Below are positions 13,733 through 26,444 of a DNA stretch of 64,000 nt, piece after piece (the stretch's first letter is position 1; every line of letters starts with the position of its first letter). The notes beneath the pieces are model-generated. The model had not been told where the DNA came from and made no database searches. It saw only the letters and a program-made list of their open reading frames with translations. The position numbers and the translations under genes are program-made. The stretch comes from Marsupella aquatica (taxonomy: Eukaryota; Plantae; Marchantiophyta). The DNA is taken from NCBI GenBank assembly GCA_973895155.1, contig OZ316892.1:27490307-27554306 (forward strand). The letters run 5' to 3'.

Positions 13733-14975
13733 CATTGTGCCACTGCCCTTCGTCCATCAAGGCCGGCGTCGTGCTTCCTGGCGGTCTTGGGCGTATTCTG
13801 GCGTATATCCCGTCGTCCCATGTTTCACCATATTTGCCATGCCTGCTGCCGTGGATATTTGAACGCCGACTTGCCTAATCCACGGCAGCAGGCATGGCAG
13901 GTTCAGATGAGTGGTTGTGGGCCGTCGATCGCCAAAATTACGACCTGGGCGAGCTCGGGGTGTTGCTGTCTCGCAGTTTCTCCGTTTTTGTGTGTCTGTA
14001 CCATGAAATAATATAATAGCCTTCTTCATTTTCCTTTTTTAATTTCACACTGGTGGAGTCAATGTGGAGTCTGTTGCCCATATCCAGGGTCATGTTGCTA
14101 CGAGGGCTACTGGCTGCCCATATCCAGGGTCATGTTGCTACGAGGGCTACTGGCTTTAAAGAGGAGGCTTATGCTACACGTTACCCAGGGGACCTTTTCT
14201 ACCCGTTGGCTCTGGAGGTCTTTGGAGCGCTGCACCCGACTTTTGACCATTTCTTGCGCTCTTGTATGGTTCATTATGTCGAGCAAGAGCCTTATCCCCC
14301 CGTCTCTGTTATCACGGCCTTTTTTAGACAGCAGGTGTCTATTGTGCTTCAGCGGGCACATGCCTTCACTATCCTTTGTAGAGGAGAGGCAGTTGGAGTG
14401 AGGGCATCTAGTCGGATTCCCTTGCTTGACCCTCCTATGCAATTCATGACTGAGCTTTATCAGGCCCTTCAATTTGCCGCTGGGTAGACTTTAGGTTAGT
14501 GTGTCCTTTGTTTTCCTTGGGCTGGGCTTGTGCCTAGTCTTTTTGGTTTTTTGGTTTTTTTCTTGTTTTCCCCTTGATTGGGTTTTTGGCCTGTGGGATC
14601 CTGTCTCCTGGTTCAGCGCCCCCTGCTTTTTGGCAGTTTGATATATATTTTTGAGCCTTGAAAGCTGAGGCCCATCGAATAGAGGATAGACTTCCTGTTC
14701 CGGAGCATGCAAATGAATTCCCTTGTTTTGAAGTGTCGCCTTCCTGCGTCCGCTTGGAGCACTGGGTATACTGTTGGAGCATACCCAGCTCCTGCATTGT
14801 GCCACTGCCATTGTCCATCAAGGCTGGCGTCGTGCCCAGGTCCCGCGTCCTGGTGGGTGTCGTATTCTGGCATATATCTCTTTATCCTGTTTTTCACAAT
14901 GTTGAAAGCCATAGAGTGACTTGCCTGATCCATGGCAGCAGGCCTGGCAGGTTTAGATTTGTCATTGTGGACCTT
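13733..14975. repeat. Diverged direct repeats (~185 bp) at 13733-13920 and 14795-14975 flanking the RLE fragment
   Basis: cattgtgccactgcc..tgtccatcaaggc(c/t)ggcgtcgtgc...cgtattctgg..tatatc...gacttgcct.atcca.ggcagcaggc.tggcaggtt.agat is present in both copies. Confidence 0.8.
14053..14650 (+). mobile_element. 5'-truncated CRE/R2-like (restriction-like endonuclease) non-LTR retrotransposon 3' end
   Basis: ORF 14053-14487 reads KEEAY..YPGDLFYPLALEVFGALHP...FFRQQVSIVLQRAHAFTIL. This fits the K..KY..F.PL..E..G...Q..S..LQR.NA..I pattern at the C-terminus of RLE elements. A T/G-rich 3' UTR follows, and there is a 40-bp tandem duplication at the 5' edge (14075-14155). Confidence 0.65.
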
Positions 14976-17196
14976 GGATAGTTTAATCTGCTTCTAGCCA
15001 TATAAAAGGGGGAAGATTCCAAGGCTTTCCCCCTTTTCCACTCACTCCTCTATGGTGCCATTTTACTTCACAATTTCAGGACAAGAAAGTTATTAATAGT
15101 GTAACCCAAGAATACTATAAATGGTGAAACCCTGTGATTTTGTCATGGCTAGTGGGGGTTAAATTGAAGACCCTGTGTGAACCCGGGGTGTTGTCTACTG
15201 TAGCTGTTTCTTCCTTTTTTGGGTGTCTGTACCCTTACATAAGAGCCTTTTGAATCCCCTTGTTGGCCTCCCTTGTTTTGGAGTGGGTTTGCTGTTTTAG
15301 CTCATGTGTACTGGGTATACTGTTGGAGCACATTTGTTAAGGTTTCATTTAGGTTCTATTTAGGGTTCTATTACATCAGCGTGAAGGAGTTGAGGGCCCT
15401 CAGATAATCCAAAATAAATCTTGCACAAAAAGCAGAGTGGAACTGTCATCCACAACTGATTAGAAAATTGAGGGTTCCCTGTATATTCTTGGCGATTAAA
15501 AGGCTAACCTTGGCTGGCTCAGCACCGAACTTTGCATCTGACTCCCTCAAAAAGTACTCCACAAACCTACACCAGCTCAACAGGGTGTGTCAAAACAGGG
15601 TCGCAAATGAGATACCCATACCAGAAACATAAAATGATTTGGTGATGAGGAAAAAATCTTAGGAGCTACACTGCTACAGCACCTATATACACAGTACACC
15701 CTGTCAGAAATCTCAATTAATCACAGTCACAAGGTCAGTTAGTTGTGCTTTGACAGGTGCTCATCTGCTGCATCTCCTCATTCTCCCAAAGCCATTTTTT
15801 TCCGACTTTTCTGAGGGTTTCATAAGCTGGAAGTGCGAGTCGGGGTCTCCCACTCTCTAAGGCGGGAGCCAGTACCCCTATACACTCTTTACAATATATA
15901 GTCTCACACATTCTATCTAGTGTGAGGTTATACTTGGGCTGGGTGATTGTAATTACTGTGTGTGACACTAAGAGGGAGTCTCAAAAACTAGTTGAGAAGT
16001 AGTCGCCCACGGGAAAGTATATTAGCCTGTCAAAAGCCATGGATGACTAAAATGGCAGTTGATAACTGTTACCAACCTAGGTTAACAGGTTTCTACGCAG
16101 GAGGATGGCCGCCAAACCCTATGTTTGAGACGCTAATATGGTATAGTGTCACCTGCATGAAAATATTTGTTACTTGTAGTAAAATTGAATGGCTACCCCT
16201 AATTATAGAGGGATATGCATAGTAGACCCCTGTCTGAAAAATGTTTGTTTAATCAACCCCCTCCATACTTCTCCCCAATCTGGACCGTTGATCTCAATCT
16301 GGGTCGTTCATAGACTTCAAAGGATCGAGCTGTTTCATTTTGGGGGTTAATCAAACAAATACCTCCCTGATTATAGTGTGCTACTCAAAATAGAGATACT
16401 AATAATATAAAGAGTGTAGTTGCTATCGTAGGTTTCCCGGAGAAAAGAAAAAACAAACAAACAGAGCACGTGTCCCAACAATCCGACATGGCACAGTAGG
16501 ACAGACATTTCAACGGCCCCCGGAGTACGGTATCCGTTCGCCCGTGATCCGTTTGGGCGTTGTCAACGGCAAAGTGGGTCCGTTCTCCCATTCTGATTTT
16601 TTTTCCTTCTTTCCGCTTTTCCGCCGCTCAATGACCACGAATTAATTGCCGCTCTCCTCCGCCGCGACGAATTCATTTGTACGATTCGATTCGTTTGCCG
16701 CACTGAATCACTGATAATATGATATGCAGTATGCTTTTCATTCCGTCGGTCACCAGATCAGAAAACTGCCCAACGGCAGAAATTCTGGGACGTTTTGGTG
16801 GTGTCTGCTCAATCACTCAATCGGGAATGAGGACGACCTTCATGCGTCCTGCCGACTGTCGAGTCTAGTACTAGGAAACTGTAAAAGTCTACCACCGCCA
16901 CTATGTGATGTTGGTTCGTTTGTCTGCAACTCTACTCTAGTACTCGGGCGACTGATTGAATTGTAATTGTTCCCTTCCTTCGTCGGGACGTCAATCACCG
17001 GCGCATCGCTTTTACGTCACTGTGCACCAATTCTTGCTCTACAACTTAATTAGTGTCGTCAATCAATCACCGCCGCACAGTAGCTTACTAGCTTACATCT
17101 CACTACTGCTGTACCTCTGGGCTGCAGCTGCTGCCCGAGGGACGGAGGAGAGGGCTTCAACGGACCAACCCACTGCTGAAGAGAAATTCTCCGATG

Positions 17197-17206
17197 CCTA
17201 TAAGTA
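17197..17206 (+). promoter_or_regulatory. Possible TATA-like element of the SKP1-like gene, implying a ~850 nt 5' UTR
   Basis: cctataagta followed by a pyrimidine-rich stretch and a GA-rich UTR-like leader. Position-only inference. Confidence 0.3.
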
Positions 17207-18082
17207 CTTCTTCACTCCTGCACAACCGCTGTTCATTCACCGGCATTCCGGATTGCCGGAAATTGGGCTGTTGAACCGTTCAAGGCGCAGTTGGGCTTCG
17301 TCTTCGTTGCGGGATTGCGAGTGGAAGCTGAAGAAGAATTTGTCTTAGTTTTGAGGCACAGCCCAGAAGCAGACGAGGATTGTGCGGAGGAGACCTCTGA
17401 CCTTTGAGAAGAGGATTGGAAGGAGCTACAGTGAGAGGAGGGAGAGGGAAGAGAGTGATCACCCGGAGGAGACTTTGAGGGGGTAACCAAAAGAAGGAGG
17501 AGAAAGATTGTGAGGAGTGTGATTCACTCGGTGATTAAGGAAGAAAGAAGGCTACCGTTCGGTGCACGATCATCATCGTCGTCGTCGTCCAGGGTCGATT
17601 CTCTCGTCCTTACTGCCGAGTGGCAGAAGCGAGAGAGAGAGAAAGATAGTGAGGCTGGCGAACAAGAAGTGGCACGCACGGGCAGCAGACCACGCGATTG
17701 TGAAGGACGCGAGAGGACTTAATTGCGGCTCTCGTTGATAGAAACGTGTCTCTGTCTCCGTCAGCAGTAGGATTGATGTTAGACCATGATTACGATCCGA
17801 ACAATGACTGACTGAGTGATTGAACGGTGTGTGATAAAACCCAGCCTCGTATGGCATCGTCCGTCTGAGCGAGAGCAGAGAGGTCGAGCGTGGACTTGGT
17901 CCAATTTTTCTCCATTGATAGATTACTCTGGTCTTCTGTCCGTGAACAAGGGCTGGATTCATTACTAGATCATGTGGGTCTTTCACAGATCGGTTGGGTT
18001 GCAGTTTTATCCCAGATAAGGAGATAGGTTGATAGATAGAGAGGTCGAGATTGTCGCTCTGCAAGCGAGCGAGCGAGCAACC

Positions 18083-20169
18083 ATGTCCTCGACAATGTAC
18101 ACGGTGGTGCTCCAAGCGGCGAGCAGCCATGGGAACGAGCACATGGTGCAGCTACGGAGAGCGGCGAGCGAGTCGGCGGCCACCACGACGGGCATCAACG
18201 TCTCGGCGGAGTCCAATCGCACGACCAATGCCAACAACGGGACGGTAGATAGTCACTTCACACAGTCGAAGAGCATGTCGACAGTGCCGACAGAGAAGTC
18301 GACAGGTCCGAGCTTGAGAGGGATTGTGATGGAGTACTACGGCCCAGGCCAGCGGCTGCGCGAGATCTATCTTGGGAGCCGAGAAGGGGAGCGATTCGCC
18401 GTCCCGATCACGCTGGCGGTGCAGCTCTCTCCCCTGCTGAGAGAGTTCGTCGAGTCCGTCATCAGCGAGTCTTCTCGGGGCCGCTTCAATGCCCGAGACA
18501 AGGCGAAGCTGACGATTGATGTGCCGTGCTCGACTGACGCGCTGAAGACTATGGTGGATTTCGTGTCGGCCAAGCTGGAGCTGGACTTGAAGCTGTCCGA
18601 GGAAGGAGTGAGGATGACCGAGGAGCAGAAGAAAGAGCACTGGAGGGATTATATCTACTCCCGCATCTCGTGGAGAATGGATCTTGACGACTTTGCCGAC
18701 GATATTGTTCAGGTACTTCACATGAGTTTGGTCGATTCCTTCACATTCGGTTGCGTCTGGTTCGTTTGTTCTAGTAAGGAAGGCCAAATGTCTAACTTCG
18801 GATAGACGTGAACGGGTCTTAGTTGCTTGCAAGCGTTAATTAAGTTTCCTTCCTTCACGGATTCCGTTTGATTGCAAAACTAGTCCACTTCGAAAGTCAG
18901 TTGGAAATGACAGTCCCTCGTGTCCAATGGATTGTGGAGTCAACCAATTCGATGGTCATTTAACCTCCCTACCCAAATTACCACGTCAACTATGGACGTA
19001 GGTATAAAGGTCCATCAGGCAAATGAAGAGCTGGTGTCTTGAATCCATACGGACATATGTGCATCTCAGTTTTGAGCTAATAGATTTTGGAGGATTGTTT
19101 ATTTTATCCTGCCCAGAGGATAAGTCAATTTTAATGGTAATCTGAAATGTGATGCGGATCATCAATGGATGGCAGAAGGTAACCTCATTTGGTGGGCGTT
19201 CCTGCTTCCTGCTTCATGTTGATGAGTTGTCTGGTTACATAGAATATGTCAATCAAGCCCCGTTTGCTCTATCGAAGAATTTTAAGCAAGAGAAGAAGAA
19301 TTGATGCTTTGAATTGAGACAGGCGTATGTGAACGGGTTTAGATTGCACTTAAAACTATCTGTCAAGTAGCCAAAGTGTCCAATCGTGCAGAACTGGATT
19401 ACCTGCACTCAACTGGAGTCGTGGACCCTGCTCCTTCAGGAATGTTCAGGCAGAAGGTCGGTAGATGTTTCTAATTGGACGGAGATATTGTGGGTCTTGT
19501 GGGAGAAATTCTGCCAAGTTTCCTCATTACTCCCGTCGATTACAGAAAAATAATTCTGTGTCGAGGTCAATCCTTAAGAAATGCCGATTTCATCCTGTTT
19601 GGTTCGCCTGGTCTGAGTGGAGCAGTGTCCAGGCAGCGAAAGACGATTAGATACTTCGATTTAGACAGCAGATGTGGGGTGTTTGGTAGCTTTTGAAAGG
19701 CTCAATTCGTTTTCTTTCATGCTTTACCATCGAGGCCCGAAATCTATCAAGTTTAAATGGTCATTTGACAACATTCCTACCTCAAATTACATCGAGTCAA
19801 TCATGACTGCCGGGGACATTGGTTCGGCACTATTTGAAACTTCTTGGCTAACTTTTGAAACCATTGTTGGGGGAATTTTGAACTGTCGTCTGTTTCCTCT
19901 CTCAGGCGATGATGAGATATGCTATGCAGTACTCGTCATTCTATAGTCTTGATCTTGGCAAGGCACCAGATTGTATGTGATTGATTAGCCAGAGAATTGA
20001 AACAGTCGAGAGTCACTCATGAGCGATGCATTTGAGTTGCGCTTATGTTCTACATTCCTGTGGCTTCGCTTCGCTTTTAATCATCTCGCTATATGTGCAG
20101 GTTGCGGAATATCTGAGCATGAAAAGTCTGTACGACCTCATGAAGTGCTGTTTCCGCCTGAGATTGTGA
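18083..20169 (+). CDS. SKP1-like BTB/POZ-fold protein with a long S/T-rich N-terminal extension and truncated C-terminus, 2 exons, about 232 aa
   Basis: Exon 1 18083-18712 (GTT CAG|gtac) plus exon 2 20101-20169 (tgtgcag|GTT GCG...TGA), phase 0. Segments IYLGSREGERFAVPITLAVQLSPLLREFVES, TIDVPCSTDALKTMVDFV, KEHWRDYI and DDIVQVAEYLSMKSLYDLMKCCF align by eye with SKP1 segments LKSSDGE.FEV..A..SQTI, PLPNV.S.IL.KVIEYC, K.WD.DF and LFELILAANYLNIK.LLDLTC. Confidence 0.75.
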
Positions 20170-21086
20170 TGAGGTGCCGCCGTGTGTGTGGGGACTCCGA
20201 CACATTTAAGTCCGGACTACAGGACGAGAAACCAAGACTGCGCCATCCTCCTATGTAAATACGATTGCTGCTACCAACAATCATCTCAATGGATCATGGG
20301 AGAGCTGATAACCCGGCAATCTATACAGAGAAGAGAGGCCAAACGTTCTGCCACAACTGAAGGTCTGGTACAGAGCAAGGGAAAATTACTACGTCGATCT
20401 CCAACATGTCAAAGAATTTCAAACATTTCAAGGCTTAAGTTCATGGGATCACTGAACAGCAGAAAGCTGACTCGGGCATTCCGCAGCGCACAGATAAATG
20501 GGAAAGACTAGCCGTTCGGTTACAATAGTTATCATTCGGGTTTACCTTTCACTTGGGTTTTCCTGAATTCTAGAAGTCCAGCAAATCAGAGATTTTCCGA
20601 GCTCATGATAATGGAGGAAGGGTTCAAATTGGTGACCTCGAAAATCTGCCAGGTGGAGCAGGAAATTGTCATGATGTTCCATTGAAGGCCTTTGAGCATC
20701 CAGAAGGCTACGAATGTCATCGGGTTTGATTTGGTAGCAACAGATTTCAAGGTGAAGCAGATGGTTCTGATGGGACGGTGGTAACTCACAAAATCCTGAG
20801 GTTCAGCGAGCTGGAAGGACAGGAGTAGGTAGAATGTTTGAGGGAGTCCCGTGAAATATGTATAATAGTACTGTGCCATAGGTAGGAAGTAATGACCTTG
20901 TGTTTGCGCGGCCCTGAGGTTTGGGATCTATCCTTAGATCTTGGCTTCTTGAAGTGCTGTTGCTTGTATGGTAGGATTTTCTTGCCCACTTAGTAGGGAG
21001 CTGTACCTTGGAGCTCACTCCGAGCGGTGGTAGGTCCGCCCCTCGGTGTTTCTGTCTCCTAAGGGAAGATCGATCTAATTCTGGGC

Positions 21087-21340
21087 ATGTACAATAGAAA
21101 TGCGAATAGATTAAATTATTGTGCGTGGCGTTTAGGAAGTTGTGCTCTCTTTGGTCCCACAATACAGTTAAAAAGATGAACTATATGCGCGGCGTGTAGA
21201 AAGATTCATGTACAATAGAAATGTGACAGTACTGTGAAGTAAATTAAATTTTTGTGCGTGGTGTTTAGAAAGTTGTGCTCTCTTTGCCCCACAATACAGT
21301 GAAAAAGATGAATTATATATGCTCGGCGTGTAGAAAGATT
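21087..21340. repeat. Tandem duplication, 2 x ~125 bp
   Basis: catgtacaatagaaatg...ttgtgcgtgg.gtttag.aagttgtgctctcttt..cccacaatacagt.aaaaagatgaa...cggcgtgtagaaagattc occurs twice. Confidence 0.85.
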
Positions 21341-21992
21341 CTGCTGTCTTCGTCCCACGTTCCACAAGTGCTGCTGAATTTCTGAAACGCGAATATATTG
21401 ACTTTGCTTTTGGGACATGAGGGTGCGCTCGTTCGCTTGTTCGTTTTCCGTGTCTCGAGCTTCTTAAGCATTCCATTATTTGTGAGGTCTCCCGTCCACA
21501 CTTCAAATTATTTCCATGTTGAAAGAAGTGAAGTCTCTAAACCTTGCTTGCTTTCTTCGATCGGGCACCATCTAGGTTGCACGAGTGCGGATCTTAGCCG
21601 TCATCGAACATTCCCCTGGTCATCAATTGTCTTGGACAAAAGGTGAATTCTCTGTGTCCCTCTGTCAATTGCGTCAGCCTCCTCTACTAAACTTTCTTTC
21701 GTCCTTCAATATGCAAATTGCAGCAGCTATCTTTAAGTAACCGAACTCATCCCTCACAATGCATGAGCCTTCTTCAACGTCTCCATCGACCCAAAATCCT
21801 TCAAAATTGTACGAGCCTTGTCCCATATCCAGCAGGTGACAATCTATCCCCACCAGGTTATCTCTGTGAACCCATCAGCCCTCAAATGATATCAGCCTGC
21901 TTTATTTAGCAGACCGAGAGACTATCATCCTCGGGACATTGATCCATGGCCAGAACCCGAGGGACAGTATTCTCAGTGTCTGTCATAGTCTG

Positions 21993-22545
21993 CTCAATGA
22001 TGTCTAGACAGGAGCAGGAAACGCTCTTACGAATTATCATGTAATAGAAAATTGGTTTCGACAACTCGTTCTTTCACCTATGCAACGCAGACTCTCAGAT
22101 CAGTACTTTAGAAGAGCACTCTCCCAGTCTCTCACTGTCCAGCTCAATGATGTCTCGACAAGAGCAGGGAACGCTGTGACGAATTATCATGTAATAGGAA
22201 ATTGGTCTCAACACCTCGTTCTTTCATCCATGAAACGCACTCTCAGATCAGTACTTTACAAGACGAGCACTCTCCCAGTCTCTCACTGGCTCAGCTCAAT
22301 GATGTCTCGACAAGAGCAGGGAACGCTCTGACCACTTATCATGTGATAGAAAATTGGTCTCGACAACTCGTTCTTAAGAAACGCAGACTCTAAGATCACA
22401 GTGCTTTGAAGAAGAGCACTCTCCCAGTCTCTCACTGTCTCAGCTGAATGATGTCTCGACAACAGCAGAGAACGCTCTGACGACTTATTATGTAATAGAA
22501 AAATTGGTCTCGACAACTCGTTCTTTCAGATGTGCAACGCAGATG
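21993..22545. repeat. Tandem repeat, ~150 bp x ~4 copies
   Basis: Units start near 21993, 22143, 22295 and 22443: ctcaatgatgtctcgacaagagcagggaacgctct...aaaattggtctcgacaactcgttctttca...aacgcagactctcagatcag...agagcactctcccagtctctcactg. Confidence 0.92.
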
Positions 22546-22686
22546 AGAGCGAGCTCACAATACTTCAAAAAGAAGAGCCCAGACAATTAATGCAAGTCAT
22601 TAATGGAGTGTATCGGGGCTTGACATCGCACCCAAAGAACCACCCAAAAACCCCCTCCGGGATTCATCCTAGAGAAAGGGGCAAAA

Positions 22687-22758
22687 AGCCCACGGAGAGG
22701 ATCGAACTCTCGACCTTTCCCTTACGAAGGGAACGCAATACCACTATGCTACGGAGGC
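22687..22758 (-). tRNA. trnT-CGU: tRNA-Thr (anticodon CGT)
   Basis: Reverse complement GCCTCCGTAGCATAGTGGTATTGCGTTCCCTTCGTAAGGGAAAGGTCGAGAGTTCGATCCTCTCCGTGGGCT (72 nt). Anticodon arm TTCCC-TT CGT AA-GGGAA and T-arm GAGAG-TTCGATC-CTCTC. A CAA lies just upstream and a T-run Pol III terminator immediately downstream. One C-U mismatch in the acceptor stem. Confidence 0.95.
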
Positions 22759-22862
22759 CTTGCTGCTTCAACAGATCGAAGTTTAGGATTTACTCTAAAT
22801 CAAGATTTACCAATATCTATTCAAGTCACCTTAGTAGAGAAGGAAAGAGTAATCTAAGAGAA

Positions 22863-23162
22863 GAAGTTCTCACTCTTGCTTTTCTAAAACTTTAACATCT
22901 TGAGCAAGGAGAATAATGGTCGTGCTATAATCAGAGGCTATGGAATGAAACTCAACTGCCTCGCTGCAGGAGGAAGTTCAAGGTTAGTATATATTGTAGA
23001 TCATGATTTAAAAATATCTATTGATGTCACCTTGGTAGAGAAGGAAAAAACTAATAGAGTCAGAGCAAGTTCTCACTCGTGCTTTCTAAACCTTTTACAT
23101 CTTGAGCAAGCAGAATATTGGTCATGCTATAATCGGAGGCTATGGAATGAAACCCAACTGCC
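22863..23162. repeat. Direct repeat, 2 x ~95 bp, upstream of the tRNA
   Basis: aagttctcactc.tgctt..ctaaa...acatcttgagcaag.agaata.tggtc.tgctataatc.gaggctatggaatgaaac.caactgcc at ~22863 and ~23067. Confidence 0.8.
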
Positions 23163-23449
23163 CCCTGAACTCAAGTAAAATGTGCCCATTCAGACAGCTC
23201 CTTTCCAGTATTGCAGTTGTCTGTCAGCCTCTGCACCAACAAGCATGAGAATTTTGATTAATATTGAGCAGTGGGTTGCTAAAGGGAGTGCTCATGATGC
23301 AACAATGATAACACTGAGAAAACTTGTTACCAACTTGAGAGAACTCAAGATGCTGGTAGCAAATCTTACTCATACAGCAAGATGGAAACCTACTTTTTGG
23401 GGCACTTTCTAGAGTGAAACCTCTAGACCATGACTCTAAAGGAGTAACG

Positions 23450-25100
23450 CAAAGTGCATACAAAACAAGGACTGAGAGCAAAGACGAATGGGAAATAATA
23501 AGGAATTTATTTTTTTGCAAGATTTTGTCTCATCTGTATTTAAGTTCAAGGAATGGGTAATCAGGCTAAATGGAAACAATGCCCATGGAATGGCCATTAA
23601 CAGTACAGGAGTACTTCCTTCACATACAGAAGGCTGCTCCAGAATACCCAATATACCTTCATTTTCTTCAAGCATAGGAAATATCACGCATGCCTAAATG
23701 ACTATCAGTAGAATGACACAAAGACACGAGTTCAGTCATGCCCTGTCAACTCCTGAAAAAAATTGCAAATGTAGTCTATTTTGGCAGGTCAGGTCTCCTC
23801 TGACTGCCACTATCCTTTACTAACCTTAATCAAATGAATTCACTGGTTTCCTTGACCAGCCATTTCACTACAGACTGGTCATGACTGTAGTATACATGAC
23901 TTATAAGTCTCCTTGGGGCTTGAGTAGATCCTAATCCCATGGAGGCCATGAACATTACGGTGTCTGAGCAGAGTCAAAAGAATCTACCCCACATTTCAAA
24001 CACTAAAGTGATGTTAAAGATATTTACAAGAATTTGGGTCAGAATTACTAACTCCACAATCTAGAACAAAACATGTCATTGTGTAAGTTGAGAAGTTACA
24101 AGCCATAGCTTTGTATGCTTGGTATGAAAACACCAAAAGTGGACCGGTTTCTTAAGCCCATCTTTCATGTGTTGGGGGCTCTATCCGACCAACACAAAAC
24201 AAGAATTGCAAATATTACATGGGATATTATGGAGGTTTAGTCAGTACCATAACATTTTCCTATATTTTTACCCCAGCCCATATGAGTTTACCTGGTGTGC
24301 ATAGGAGTAGCTTGTATGATGTTGCTCCTTGGCCAAGAATGCGGTCCAATCCTGAACACCTGATGACGAAGCCGTTTCATCTATTACCATATGCAATACA
24401 TCTTTATGTTTTTCCCTTCATATTCCAGATGACATGCACATCTTCACAATCTCTAAACCCATGATGCATGTCTGCTAGATTTTTAAAAGCTCTAATCCCT
24501 TCATAACTGAGTTAGTATGTACAAACAAACAAGGGTTATTTATTCCAACCTTCACTGTATTTGTCTTTGCATTGAAAATCTCTTGTACCGTATAGTGCAG
24601 CTTGTGGCCAAAGATTGAGATTAGTTATAGTTGTGCATACTGTAATAGTCCAATAAAAAAGGACCTAAAATAACCATTAGGTCTTTAGCCACCATCTTAA
24701 GCTTAAGCATAGCAGGAATAGTGATTAGATTGTAGTCTGGGTAGACATTCCTGTTACATTGTTGTCTTTTCATAAGATTGAGATTACAGAATGGCAGAAT
24801 GCCGTATTTTCCAGTATACCCAATTTTGAAATGTGAACGAATTGTCATTTTTAGTTGTAACCTTTTGTGTTGGATTTTGGTCTTTGCTTATAATATGCTT
24901 GCTACTATGAAATCAATATACTCTTCATTCAAGTGATTGCAATTAATCTGAAGCTTATTCATGCCTTGCAAGTCATTCACTAGATCCCAGGCTGGACTGA
25001 GTTTCGGCCAGGCTAGCTTCAGACGGTGTGGTCTGTCCAATTGCGTGTTCTCGACAGTCAGATGAGGTCGATGAAAGGTATACACGTTAACTTAATCAGT
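23450..25100 (-). mobile_element. Heavily decayed L1-like LINE relic
   Basis: Minus-strand frame fragments CLKKMKVYWVFW..LLY and SCTVNGHSMGIV resemble the L1 RT region preceding RGLRQG. Many stops and CpG depletion. Boundaries are approximate. Confidence 0.3.
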
Positions 25101-25949
25101 GATGAAAAATATTGGCAGCATAGTAAAAAAACTAAGAAAGGTGGCAACACACTAATTTTGCACTAATGCGGTAGTAATCTAGTAATTCTCATAATCGTTT
25201 AGAACTGACAATAATGTGTACAGTACTGCCATCCTGGTTCACTCAGGATTAGTTCACAACATTAATTAGTATTCATTTTACAAAATAAGGCAATAATAGA
25301 CTGCTAGATATCAATCCTGAGTGATGGACCAAGGGATTTTCTGTAAAGTTTGGATGGACTGGCGGAAATGTTCAAAGATACTCAAAGTAGCACATGACCT
25401 GTAAATGGGCTCCTGACTATTTGCCACTTGTTTCAATTTCGTTATCTAGGAGCAAGTTGCTGCTCATGCCCAAACTACTTAGAGGGTCCTGGAAAAAAGT
25501 GAAGCATTGATTGGCAATTGTTTTCTTATAATTTGACCATTTTCGCGCTTGTCAGAAATAGAGAAAATGTTAAAAAAAAATCTCAATTTTTTCAGGTAAT
25601 ATCAGGATAGGTAGGACAGACCACTTGGCCCATCTGGGCTTTATATTCACCGCATTATTCTCCTGTTTTTTCATATTCATTTCAAAAGTAATTGATACAC
25701 TTGTAAATGCTTAACATCCTGATTTGTTGCGCAAACACAAATGGGATTAGGGTATAAATACATATGAATCTGGACAAAATCCTAGTCCCTACAAATAATC
25801 CTAGGCTCGACATGATGTCAAAGTTAACATGACTTCGAGAGTTGAGACCCTCAATCATTCCTCCGGTGTTCCATCATTCGTCTGGTGTGGGGTCTGGTGT
25901 TGGATTTGAATCATTTGGAATCATTTGCAATGTCTGTACCCTTTATCCA

Positions 25950-26410
25950 ACGTGGAATTAGAACCAACCAACAGCTGCACAATTAGTTATGATGCGCAAT
26001 CTTTTCTAGAATCTTCTTTATTGAGAGAAGTCCGATTATATACACATTACACTAGGATTCGAAATGGATTCATGAGGCCTTTTGTGTAAATGAAGCACCT
26101 ATAATGAACTCGTTCTCTAGAGAATAAACAAGCGTTTTAGAATAATTATTTCAATAAATCTGCCTCGATAAACCCAGCAACTACTCGAGCATAAGTTACG
26201 TAACACAGATTTTATGAGCACAAGGATCAGGAAGGTCCATAGGATTGATAACATGCACTTCCTCCCAAAAAGTGTGAACACTAACATAGCACAGACCCAT
26301 AAAGCTGTGCAGTTCACAAAGCTCCCACTGCCATTTATGCTGAAAATCACAAGTGTGGAAATCCTTCCAAAAGTTTATGAAAAGTCTGAGGATCCAGTTT
26401 ATCAAGTGGA
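25950..26410 (-). mobile_element. hAT transposase C-terminal (dimerisation domain) relic
   Basis: Frameshifted minus-strand pieces GSGSF..CTA, SVHTFWEEV, VLRNLCSSSC, ERVH..FIYTK and CVYN follow the order of hAT WW...L...A..ILSQ..SSS.CERNWS..FIHTK.RNRL...LV.V.YN. Confidence 0.5.
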
Positions 26411-26444
26411 TTTTATTTTCTCTTTTCGTGGTCCAAGTGTGTTA

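Noticed and set aside
18152-18832. 226-aa minus-strand ORF and 189-aa ORF 17573-18142
   Set aside because: They are antisense shadows of the GC-rich SKP1-like exon and its leader, with no recognisable motifs.
19440-20830. Short similarity between the SKP1-like intron (~19465) and the downstream region (~20760), both reading RPIR.I on the minus strand
   Set aside because: The match is only about 20 nt and does not extend, which is insufficient to call a pseudogene pair.
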